A stretch of 64,000 nt of DNA from Tubiluchus corallicola (taxonomy: Eukaryota; Animalia; Priapulida). The notes under the pieces were generated by a model that did no database searches, had not been told where the DNA came from, and saw only the letters and a list, made by a program, of their open reading frames with translations. Of the stretch, positions 12,447-24,650 are shown in pieces. A program made the position numbers and the translations under genes. How positions within the stretch are numbered: position 1 is the stretch's first letter; each line of letters opens with the position of its first letter. The stretch covers positions 321,797 through 385,796 of the forward strand of contig JAQGDQ010000101.1 in the NCBI GenBank assembly GCA_030141605.1, written 5' to 3'.

Positions 12447-14121
12447 TTAGGAATGAGATCACCAGATGAATACATGCAAAAAACTGGCACAACCGCGAGA
12501 TGCTAGATTGTATGTAAGAAACCAGTACAAACTCAAATTGTATGACTAGTCAATCTGACAAGGTTGTAATATATTGCCGACAACGAATGGCCGAAAAAAA
12601 ATCAAAATTATTCAAATTTGAAAGGCCGAAACAAACATTGAGCAAAAAAGAAAATACTGGCAACAGTATTGTTTACTATAGAAATCAATGAATTAACAAA
12701 AGAACCACAGTTATATAATATCACGCATTCGCATTTAAGAGAAAGAGTTAAAAGATTATTCATCGCTAATCGAGATTGTTTCACGATAAGAGGCTGACTT
12801 AATTGGTACAACATAGGCAGAATTTAAAATACGTCTCACGGGTGATTGTTGTGCATACCATGTGCCGATACACTTGGAAAAAGTTGTGGGTGAGACAATT
12901 GATTCACTTTTAGAAGCTGGTATTATAAGTCCATTTGACGTACGGTACAGTTGCCCCGCACTATTAATCTTTTGCAACGTTGGATGATGGCATTGTCTGA
13001 ATCTGACTTTCCTTTGCACTACATACCTGGACGATAAAACGTAGTGGCAGGTGGATTAACGGCAATGAACCCGGTACCGGAAACTCCATCGACTGTACCA
13101 ACTTTTCAAGAGTATCAGAGATAATTTGATCTACTGAATACCACTGGAAAGATACAGAAACACCTGGAAAAGGCGAACCAAGTCTACTAATACAAAGCAA
13201 ACGACGCAAGAAATGCAAGAATACATAAGTGACGAAGACACAGGCCAAGAAAGCCTGCGTTTTGATCAAAATGAACCTGAATTAATGACAGAAAGAAAGA
13301 CTGTAATACCTTGGGACCTACAGCAAGAAGAAATTTAGAGACACACCAGATGTCTTAGATGCACTGGATCAGGCACAGTCAAATAATACTTATCGTTAGG
13401 GGGCGAACAGTTAAATGAACAAATGCAGACTAATGCACAAGAATAACATCTACGAGCAAATCTCAACCTCGTATTAAAATGGCAAGCTGGGGATGAACAT
13501 TTAGCTCAAATTACCCATAATCTTGCCTAGCCTGTCAACACTAAACAACAAAATCAAGATATAGAAAAATTCTTTAAAGCAGAAGACAATTTGCTATATA
13601 ACATTGCTAAAAAATTGTGCTATTAAAATTTGGTTGTAGATACCAACAATGTTAAATATTAAACGAAAGGGTGCCATTATGATATTCATGTCTTTATTAT
13701 TACGGTGTGGTTCGAGCCGTAATAATAAATGTGACGGGAACACAAAGAATTTCCTTCATGGCATAGTGTGTCTCAGAAATCTTTATTTCTGTATATACAA
13801 AAAATGAAAATAATAAATTTGACAGCTTCTCACTGCATACAAATGTATAATAAATTGATTATTATAATTTAAGATATTAAATTAAATGTTACTTACATCG
13901 TGCGGCTATAAAACTTAATAGATTCTTGAAACGTCGTACAGGTTAACGGCAAATCAGGTAGAGACACTATACTTAAACATTATCAAACATTACTTAACAT
14001 TTGCCGAGCCTTGTGTCAGCGTGTTTAGCGAGGCACCCAATTTACCACTTCACAGGTAAAAATCAGGTAAGTTCCATAGGTGCTGCCACCTACATGTTAA
14101 GGCCAGAAACTGACCTTAACA
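12447..14121. repeat. Near-identical direct duplicate of 5685-7359 (flank plus LTR), offset 6762 bp
   Basis: ORF track entries recur at +6762 (5846/12608, 5994/12756, 6202/12964). About six substitutions seen by eye over ~1.67 kb. Confidence 0.95.
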
Positions 14122-14729
14122 ATAAAGACATGAATATCATATAATTCTTATATCAGGTTAGTGTTGGAGTATTATTTTGGCCCTGTTTTTACATCTATGG
14201 CTGAGATTTTTATACTTTACGTGCTCGTCGTCGATGTTTGAATTTACTGTTTCGGCATTTAAACTTCTTTAAGTTCATATCCGCCTACGTTTCCCGAACT
14301 TGTCTACGTGGCGATCGAGAGGCGAGTGCGTATGGTACGATTTTTTCACCGTCTGGCTAATTATCGATGCAATTATTATATTTCGTAAAACATGTTAATT
14401 GTCGATTTAACGACAAGTATTTAGTAAACAAATAAAGAATGTAAATTAAAATTTTATATCAAACTTTATCGTTTCCTTAGCCAAGTGTAGATTACTCATT
14501 TTTACTCGCTAAACGTGACGCCACACCCGTATAGTGAGAATTACATACGTCAAGAGAGTATAGCGAAAAAATCTGAACTTCGTACTACCCAAGGTCAAAG
14601 TCAAAGTCAAAGTCAGTCCAATAAAACACCAAGTGCAAGCAATGCCTGTACTAGTAATGATGAAGCATATGTTTACACTGTCGACAAGAAGACAAAAATT
14701 AATAACGATTTGCAGACTTGTACTGTACA

Positions 14730-15360
14730 GTTATACTGTCATTTTGTTAAACTAGTGGGTCAATATAAGTGAAAAAAAGCCCTAACCCAAAAAATGCAAG
14801 AACGTGTTTTTTTGATGTTTGCTTTTAGTATTTGGTCTAGAGAATAACATATCCAAATTAGGCTGAAATTTCGTCTCTGCAAAGGGCCTAACTATGACGT
14901 CAAAAAGATACCACCATTTGACAATTAAGGTCATTAAGCTCATTAAGGTGATTAATTTTGATTATGGAATAAATCCAAATTGGTCCAATATGGTTGCAAT
15001 TTTCAAGATGACAGACAGTATGGCTGTCGTTAGATTTTACGGGCTATGTCATAGCTATCAGAGCATACATATCAGAGTATATTGACCTTGGTGTCTAAAT
15101 ATAGGTTTTCAAGGTCAAGGAATCCATATCTGATGCTTAACTGCCCCTATAATATCACCCCATTTCAAGATGGCTGCAAATGTTCCACAAAACGAGGGAA
15201 TTACTTATTTTGCTTAAAAGGTATGAAACTTTGCACAATGCTAAAATCCATCTGGTTGATAAATTTCGGATATGAAGACAATCAAAAATTATCCAATGTG
15301 GCCACAGAATTCAAGATGGCCAACAAGATGGCTGTTGCCAACTCATATGATCCATACCTT
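14730..15360. repeat. Probable non-autonomous DNA-transposon-type interspersed repeat
   Basis: Recurring TTCAAGATG(G) motifs (~15002, ~15164, ~15310) and TCCAAT motifs, with no credible coding similarity. Confidence 0.35.
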
Positions 15361-17089
15361 TTAGGAATTATGAACAAAGTTTACCTATTTTGTCAACTAA
15401 CATACACGTACTGTCCAAGGTTAAGTTTGAATACAGGTATGGTTTCTCGAATGAATATTGCATGCCCAGTATTATATAATGCATTAGGTACACTAATATA
15501 CTCTGCTTAATGTCTGAAACAGATAAATATCTTAGGTACACAGCTGTTCATTAAATTGCAAATGCTGTGACCCCCCCCCGACAAGAATCAATTCTGTCAG
15601 CATTTACTAATTGGGTCCAGATTTCAGATTTTGTCAGGAGCGGAAAAGATAGCCTGTTCCATATGGTAAGTATCAAAGAGGTAACAGAAGACTTACCACA
15701 TGTTTGTGTATGCACATTTTGTTCCACTCTAACATGGCAAAGCTAACGCATGCATCACATTGACAGTTGACAAAGCACATGGAGACTTGTCCACGAGAAA
15801 AATGCGTCATTTGATGCAATGTACCGAACAAGTTGCGGATCAAACAGAGCTGTGCGAGCAGGCACTGAATCCTGCCCTGATGTTTACTATAACCGTTTAA
15901 CTCAAGATGGAAAAGTTTTACTAAACTAACAAGGAAATCACACTGGATTTTGTATTTTGAAGCCTTAAACGAGTGTCAGCTACTTATTAAACGTTGTTAT
16001 ACGCACAACGGTGCTGTGGCTGATGTAAATGTGTCCAAACAAGCACTTTTGCTTTGCGCAAACTTTCGTAGTTTTAAGACTAAGTAAAGTAAAGTTATAT
16101 ATTTTTACGGCGATTTTTCCGCAACCTACTGCTGGTACCCCTTTTCTTGTCCTTCACTGATATTATATCAAACATGTTTGAACTGTTCAAACTTTCATAA
16201 CATTGGTAACATCTTTCATAACATTGTCATGTTTGTAGCTAAAACCGATTATCATTTTTTACAGATACGAGTAATGCCTTACTTGTAGCAAAGTCTGTGA
16301 GTAATAAAGTGCATAACTGCATAGTCGTATGCAGAGCTTTGAGACTTTCTTTTATTGCTTTAAAATATTGAGCTCAAGACGGTATATACTCCGGCAATAC
16401 ATTTTAGCAATACGTTTAACACTAAAAAGGCTTCACTTAGAGTCCCTAATGTCTTTGCATTATGAAAGTGAAAAACTCTCAATAGAGTTTTAGTCTCCGC
16501 GTTTAGGCTTAAATTTAGCTGCTTGTAAGATGTAAGACAGGAATGTAAAAAAAAAATTGTTAAATCGAATTACAAAAACAGGTAAAAAACTTACTATTTA
16601 ACGAAAGAGATTTGCAAGGACCGCGTGGCAAACGACTGGCTTGCATTAATGATTTCTTATAGAGATTGTAAATATGTAACTTTCTAAGACATGGACGAAT
16701 TCATTTTACCAAAATTTATAGAAAAAGCCGCATGTCAAGCTGCACTTGATTCTCAGTACTGAATTTGTAAGCTTGTAGTTAACACGAATGTAATTACTGA
16801 TCGTGCGAATCCTCATTTAGTCTAAAATTATTATCCATCAGCCATCATGTTCTGTCTCAAAGTGAAATTTGGCAGATCTTTCTTGAAGTTGTTTGGAGGG
16901 TTTAGGAGATATTACGTCGTGTTGAGCATTGTTGATCGTATGGAATTTTATAAAGTGATTTGTCTAATAATTGAAGATAGACTTTCTTTGTAAGGTAATG
17001 GGCCGAAATTATGTGATGAGTTTCTATGTTAGAGCTATCTGTCGAGCGATTATGGGTCTCACACGAGCGATTAGGGGAACAGGGCTATT

Positions 17090-18750
17090 ACGTCAGATGG
17101 CCCAGAAAATTTGTGCCGAAGTTTTGGTTACAATAATATTAAAAATATCTGTCGCAACAATCTCAGTTATAATGATCAACTGAAGTAAAATTGTATTGCC
17201 GTGTAAATCCTTTAATACAAGAATAAACAAATCAAACAGTTTAAGTCATGGTCTTCATCACAGGACATGAAATATTGATAAAGATTCGTTGCTAAAACAA
17301 AATGTAACTTAATTCTGTGAATTACGGTACATGAATCTGGAATTTTCTTAAAGAGAAACTGTACAATTGCCGCGCAGAGCCATTTGATGCAAAGTAACTA
17401 AAGGCAAAAACTGCTGAGTGCTGGGAGCAAAGAAGTGAGAAACAGTGTCAGCTGTTGGAATAAATGCCTTCGTCTACTTTGTGAAATTGATGGACACCTA
17501 GAGCTCTTGCTGTAAAATTTAATAAAAGTGACACAATTTTTTTTCCAACCTTTAGTTTTTTACATGTTTATGTAAAACATCTCTATCTTCGGGCAACTTT
17601 AAGGGAATCTTCTAAAATTTTAGTATTTATATAAATATCTGTAACATCGACCTTAGGAAATTTTTATAATGTCCTCATAAAAACTTTGGCACATGTTTTT
17701 ACGCCGCTAGATGTGTCTTATTTTGTAATTATAGGTTTTCTGTAATGTCATTCATGCTTGTATTTAGAGCATTTTAGTAAAATTTTCACCGAAGTAAATG
17801 ATTTTAAAATAGACAATTTCCGTTGATCATTATTATTATTATTTATATAATGACTTCACACTAAGTGATAAAAAAATCAGTATGAAATAGTTATGAAATT
17901 GCGGCCATACTCTTTTCTCAATTTGAGCATTTCTCAATTGCATATAAGCCACAATCACAGAATCTTGATCAGAATTTACTGAGAATCTTATCATAACTGA
18001 GAAACTATAAAGTTCGCATTAAAACCACATGCAAACACTCCCCAGCGCTATTTTACTCAGCCTAGCCTTATCAGGGAGACGTTATGGTCTTAATGAAAAT
18101 GAGAAATTAAAGGACAACTCAACGTAAAAACAAAGCTTCTAATATATGAAACCATGATCTTACCCCACTTAACGTATGGCTGCCACCTACTCTCAAATAT
18201 ATCTCAAACTTTTTTAAACAGGCTAGAAGTGACCCAAAATTACGATTTAAAGCACGGCCTTGGTTTCGCAACAAGAGCAAAATATTCAGCCGCAGTGAAC
18301 ATTGAAAAACTAGAAATACCCACTGTAGAATCCAATCTCCATTTCCATTCACCAAAGAACACATAGCATAAAACAAATAAATACAAATAATAAATATGGA
18401 CACAATTCAGCTTGCAAAACGGCAATAAATTCATGGAATGCTTCTCCACTTAATGTAAAATATGCAGTGACTTTATATATATATACTATATTATATATAA
18501 TATTATATAATATATAAAATATATTAGTCGGTGGCTTTGGCATTAGTTCGCTATGGCACATGACATTCGAAATAATTCAGTCTCATTGCTGTCAGTTCGA
18601 GACTTTTGTTTGCAGGAGTTATGGCACCAGATAATCCAAATTTCAGTGCATAAAGCTAAGCACTATTAAGAACGAATGACAAATGGCCTCCCCAGGCTTT
18701 ATCAACGTGTTCTACCTCACAACTGAATGAATAAAGATGGCAAGCTCATA
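17090..18750. repeat. Older diverged third copy of the 670-3110 block, interrupted by a LINE fragment
   Basis: 17090-17820 aligns with 670-1400, 17850-18110 with 2425-2680, and 18520-18750 with 2850-3100 (e.g. GACAAATGGCCTC...GGCTTTATCAACGTGTTCTA). Confidence 0.85.
18119..18470 (+). mobile_element. LINE ORF2 3' fragment
   Basis: MILPHLTYGCHLLSNISQTFLNRLEVTQN resembles the IxPxLxYg...L+xxQN post-RT motif of CR1/L2/I-type LINEs. Confidence 0.55.
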
Positions 18751-21700
18751 CAAAACAATGTAATTATAGAAAGTCTGCCCTTAGGCTTGCGAGAGAAACT
18801 GGCCGCTGGGCTTATTTGCCGAAGGAACGACAGTAATAGAGCAAGATCAAAATTATTTATTTGCATAATGGTCCGTTTAGACGATCAGTTTTTAACTAAA
18901 ACAGACAAACAAAAAACTGACATATGTTTAGATGACATCAAACTTTACTCCGTCGTGCTCTGGATATAACTATCCAACAAATTGTTTTCAGTGAAATTAT
19001 GGCGCCAACATACAGACGTGCTTTGTCGTCTATTGGGCTAGCTTCGGCTTAAACGGAGAAATTGCTCCCGGAGAAAAAGGAGAACAACAAAGCAGTGATT
19101 TGACCTTTTGCTGATTGATGTTTTGACTCTTAGTCAGGTAAAAATTAGGAATGACCCGGACAAAAATAAAGTTAAATGTTTGCACAAAGACCCACAAAGC
19201 CGTTCAGAATAACATTTTCAGAACCCCCTGAAATCCACTTTGGGGGGAAAATGTTATGGGGCCTTAAATTCAAAATGGCCGCCAAGGCTGTGTTAAAGTC
19301 AAAATAACTCGACTAGGTGGCGTTTAGCATCCTTCAACACATGATTTCAACATGGCATGTTTTTGAGTTACAAATTGTTCATTAAAGCACATGTTGCTGA
19401 CAAGTTCTTGTTTTAAAAATGAAGATCGCGAAATTTGTCCTCTATCATTTGTTATTTATATTCGAATTTGTATTAACTTTAAACTTACCGTTTCCAATTC
19501 CAAACATAATGTGACGTCTTTTAAATAAGTGCACGCAAGAATTGTTTCTAGCACAAACCACCGTTCTACGAGTACACAATGATGTTGAAAATGAAAAGCA
19601 TGAATAACGAATAATTTTTTGGACTAGCTGATGACTTTTTTGGCTATTAAACTTGCTTAAGAACTTGTTCGAACTATTATTGCTGTTTCCATTAGCATAC
19701 TTCATTTTCTGGTTTACTTGAACATAATACGTCAGAAGCTTAAAGACCGTGCAAAGTTCGAGAGTGCATCGCTGATTGTGATATTGTCAAACAGTACGGA
19801 ATGCGCTTTTTCGGTTCCGTTTCAGCGCTGTAAAGCGTACAATGCCGCATACAGTTTAAACGAAAGCTGGCTAATTAGCCAAAGATCTTATTTCAGTTCA
19901 ACTGAGTGCATTTGCCCAAAATTAAGAACACAAACAGAATTCACATAAATCGTACAAACACTGCTGACGAAATTTAAGAAACATTAGAACGAACAATCAA
20001 TATGGAAATAATTCCATCACTAAGCAAGCAATACAACTTTCGAATTCATTACCGACATCACTAAAACACAACAGCTCTTTATTCAAGTCTAAATTAAAAA
20101 AACCATTTAATGACTCGTTTTGAATATCTTACATACGAACACGATGATACTTACTCAAATCATAATTTCATTTTCCTAGACCTTACTGAACTAGTTTATA
20201 TTTTATTTTTGAATTTCTAGTTGCACCTATAGTTTAGCTTGCACCAGACGCATTTGCCCAGAACAGTGTATGTTTTTATATGAACTAACACTGATTGCCT
20301 GTCTTTTATTATGATGGTCAATGTTTTTAAAATGGCAAATAAAGATTTTACTACTACTACTACTACCACTACTTATATGTAAAGAAAACAAGCAAAAACA
20401 CGCGAAAACTAAGAGACAGCTAGAGTAAATCAAAGCAGAATATTGAAAGCAAATACAAGCAATAATAAAAATGTTTAACAGAGAAAATCCAAAATTCACA
20501 AACAATCTTCAGGATATATTTAATATTTATTGGGTAATTGCTATTCACACCAGAATATATGTGTATGTGTGTGTCTGGCTACATGTATGATGGTTTTAGA
20601 TACTGAGAATCTCACCAAACTAAGTCGTCAGAGATGGAGTCTTACTAATGTAGAAAACCTGTCCGTACGTTACTACAAAATGTGGTGACTCTTAATCAAT
20701 GTCCAATGTATATACATGTAGCTATTTGTAAATGTAACAAGTGTATGTATACACGTAATATAGAATATTAATAACATGTGATTTTCAATGTGTGACATTC
20801 ATCAATGTATTTGTTCTTTAAACCTGAGCACGTGCTCATATAAACTCAAAACAGTAAATCTAAAATTTGATACTCAATATTGTAAACTAATCCACATTTA
20901 TCAAATATATCGTATTAATACGACAATACGATTCACACAATTGCAAATGGAGTAGTTGGTCTATGTACAAAAGGAGTAAGTTTTTTAATCTAATTTAATG
21001 GTGGCATTAAATTTTAAATTAATTTCGGATATAACTATCACACTACATTAGCAACAATTTAATTATTTTCCTATAGCGTTTCATTACATACAACGTTCAA
21101 TTTTTAACGATAAACTTAATATTTTTCTATGGAGTTTCACTACAAATAACACTCAATCTCTAGATTATAAAATCATGATGACGATTTGAGTCAAGATTAT
21201 CGATTTAGGATACAAATTCTTAACAAAGGGCATCGATTTAGGATGCATACGATTTTATGAATCGTTAGATTTAAATTAGTTGATAGTTATCATCGTCTGA
21301 TAGTTATCAGTTACAGACTCTAGACCCGTTTGATCATCATCTGGTCGTGTCGTCTGATAGTTATCAGTTACTGACCCCGTAATCCACATTTATCAAATAT
21401 ATCGTATTAATCATCATACCAGTCATCATGCTATTCTATCTCATATAACTTGAGCATCAAAAAATAAATATCCGTTAATCAAGCAATGATATCTCCTAAG
21501 TAAAACTAGACATACTAATTCATTTAAAGATGTATTGAGCACTAAATAATAATTAATACTTCAATAATTACTACTAAGTGAATAGTAATCCTATCAAATC
21601 AGATAAATATTCGACATCTTCAAATAATCAACAATGTCCTACTAAATAAATATTCAACATTTTCAAATAATGAATAAGGCTCTACTAAATAAGTGTTCAA

Positions 21701-21947
21701 CAATTCTTTTCTTTGATTACATCATTATTTATGCATACTTAATCAAATAATTCTTTGTAATTCTTTGCGTAATATGATTCTTATCATTGTTCTTTCTTTT
21801 CATTTTCTCTCTTATCATTGATTTAAAAAAATTGCATAAAATGTAATAATCTGAGACGAATACTGTGAAATAAGTAGTACTGTTCAAAATTGTACAAACC
21901 ATGGAAAAAATATTCAATATAGAGTAATCGTGGACAAAAATATTCAA

Positions 21948-22011
21948 ATATATATATATATATACGATTTCTCTATGATCTCCATATATATATATATATA
22001 TATATATATAT
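21948..22011. repeat. (TA)n microsatellites (also ~18475-18525, 28389-28408, 33180-33316, 46929-46944, 51913-51952)
   Basis: Seen directly in the sequence. Confidence 0.9.
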
Positions 22012-22049
22012 GGGAACTAAGCACTGTCTAGAAACTTTAATGAAATTGA

Positions 22050-23240
22050 TAAATTTACATGAGCCGAGGTACATTACAAAGATAGCATTAAATCGATAAA
22101 CTGGACCTGACGGCATAAAATCATAGCATTTTAGACATGCCTCTCACGTGTCACCAGTTTCGTTGACATTGTTTTATAACTATTGCATCATTTATTCTTT
22201 CTTGCCGACTAAATGATGCTATCAGTAATTTTGCCACATATTAAAGATAAAAATAAAAATATAACAGAGAAATTATTTCCGGCCTATCGCTTTATCTTCT
22301 GTCTCTAGTAAACTTTTACAAATTGCTTTTGTTATGCTGAATGTTTACCTGCCATGCCAAACCAGTTTGGTTACATGGAGAATTTGGCTATTGAGTTATG
22401 TATTAACGTGTTATAAGAAGTAGTAGGCTGTTATATAGACCGCCAGTGTACTGTATAAATAATGTTTTAGGACGCCTCCAAAGCATTTGATGAAATTAAT
22501 TATTTCAATCGTTTTTAAAACTCATTGAAACTGAGATGTTTGTTTGCTCGTTTACTTGTTTTAGAGAACTTAGTTGTAAATCTGGCATCTAGTAACCTTG
22601 GATGTCAAACTGCAGATATTTATTATAATCATTGTCACATGCTGACAATATTTGACTGTACCACGGCAACTGCTCTCATGAAATTATGTGATATATATGT
22701 CGATTATGCAGCAAAATTTTATATTTTAATTAATGTTGACAAAAGTAAGCTTCTGACTATTACGCCGTCCAACATGAACAACTTCGAGGAACTGTTAAGT
22801 TAGCTGGATCTGTTATTGAGCCTTGTGATAATGGAAAATATCTTGACCACATCATACCTAGAGACAACAGAGATGACTTAGATATCATACGACAAGTAAG
22901 CATTTATTATTCTAGAGCAGATAAGCTATGCCGGAAATTTTACTATGCTGTAAAAAACCCTGTTCACCTGGCGGCACTTTCACAATTATAATCTGGTCAA
23001 TCTAAAAGTTGCTCATAAAAAGTTAGTGCGCAAATTCTTCAACTAGCAGTTCGTTCACAGTGTTATTGACAATCCTGTGACATAAATTAGTGTATTTTAA
23101 TGTTATCTGCGATAAAAATATTTACAGCCTGAGTACTAGACTTTTAAACATTGAAAACTTATCGTGTAGAACAGTATTCAATAGTGATGCTTCCTTTACT
23201 TCCAGTGCAAGAAAGATTTGGACAAAGATATTGTATATTA
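22050..23240 (+). mobile_element. Degraded LINE reverse transcriptase
   Basis: Fragments NYFRPIALSSVSSKLL, NQFG, LGRLQS/DASKAFD and LCDIYVDYAAKFYILINVDKSK, with many stops and frameshifts. Confidence 0.7.
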
Positions 23241-23649
23241 AATTTTCACATTGTAGATAATCATTGTTATAATGACTGAAGCCAATGTGAAATATTATAT
23301 TTGTGTTATGTTGTTTTGTTTGTGTGCTTGGGTGTGTATTTACTTAATGTTGTACTAAAGTTTTAATGTTGAACTAATATGATATGAATGAAAGTTTGAA
23401 ATATACAAGTTAATCAAATCAAATCAACCTCTTTCTGATGGCAAATTGACAGATTGACCATCCAACTAGTCGATAACTTTATAAATAATAAATAAATAAA
23501 CAAGTAAATAAATTAATTAATTAATAAACAAACAAAAAATAAAAAATAATACTATAAAGGAATAAATACATAGAAACAAATAAAACAATGAACAGTGATT
23601 AATAATTAATAGTAATTAACAGATGAAGAAATAACTTGTACAATCATCT

Positions 23650-24650
23650 ACTAGTGCTTTGGTTCGTTTGTAAACGTTGAATAATTCATTTATATCAATA
23701 ACTGGAAGCAGTTTGTTTCGATTATTTTGGCATACAAGTGTTAATCCCTGTCTTCCATTTTAAAGATGTTTGTGAAGAAATTTCCTCCAGTGCTCAAAAG
23801 GTTGCTCTTTTTCACTTGCAGTACCGGTCTGGTCACCATAACCAGCCTTTTCGTAAATTCACCTGAGAACATTATCATGCAGAGCAATATCGAAAAATTT
23901 GTATATTTTTCAGCTATTTTTGGGTTCTCCTGCAAGATCTTCATATCGGAGTAAAAAGTATTTACGAGGATGACGTTTCTGAACATCTGCACCACGAATT
24001 ACATCGTTATACATGCTAAAAAGTTTGAGTCTTTTGCCAGTTTTGAACTCTGTTTGTTAATTCTTTATAAATGCTTTTACTTGAACATTCCGCGAGGGTC
24101 TCTCTTAAGATGCACTAGCCTGACGTCAAGTTCCCGTTGTTCATCTTCAAGCAGCTGTGCAGCTTCGGTTATTGTCATCCGTATAACTTTAGCTACGGAA
24201 TACAATCGATCTTTACAAACACAGGGGTACATAAAGCGGTCCTCTGTTGTAAAAAGGTATACAAAGTCATGCCTTGACGTGATTTCCGGTTTGTATTTGA
24301 CCTTTGCACTGCGCCGCATGAAAGAAATTTTTTAATTGCCGAAGATTGACCAATTAACGAACCGACGTTTGCGCACTGTAATCAGCACTGGTATAAAATT
24401 CACTAGAGATGCAGTTTAAAGCATTCAATATTATTCTCCCTTTTATTCTGATTTTTTTCTTCTTCAGACCAAGTTTTATTTGTCAGCACATGACGTTGAT
24501 GAGTTATATTGATGTGATCAAACAATGCATGTAGTGGTTCATAGATGTAGAATACACCTGGGTGCTTGTCAAATATTTCACCAGTGAAGGAAGAACCAGA
24601 TCTATATCGTGCAACAATGACAGCAGCTCTTCGCTTCTGCCATGCTTTAT
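23650..24650 (-). pseudogene. Carbohydrate sulfotransferase (Gal/GalNAc/GlcNAc 6-O-sulfotransferase, CHST1/3/4/5-like) pseudogene, catalytic exon
   Basis: After acceptor TTTCCAG (24651-24657) it reads KAWQKRRAAVIVARYRSGSSFTGEIFDKHPGVFYIYEPLH (5'-PSB motif at 24586-24603), then VAKVIR...LLEDEQRELDVRLVHLKRDPRG (3'-PB motif at 24089-24103), KYFLLRYEDLAGEP...IYKFF (23934-23948) and HWRKFL. Several frameshifts and in-frame stops. Confidence 0.88.

Larger units (their letters stand above)
6968..14121 (-). mobile_element. BEL/Pao LTR retrotransposon, rearranged, with 5-bp target-site duplication ATAAA
   Basis: 392-bp TG...CA LTRs at 6968-7359 and 13730-14121. ATAAA at 6963-6967 and 14122-14126. A polypurine tract (minus strand AAAGGGGGTG) lies next to 7359. 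Domain order is gag-PR-RT-RH-IN. Confidence 0.93.

Noticed and set aside
14515-14727. 85-aa ORF with QSQSQS as a host gene
   Set aside because: Resembles a retroelement gag-protease junction fragment cut by another repeat; too short to support a call.
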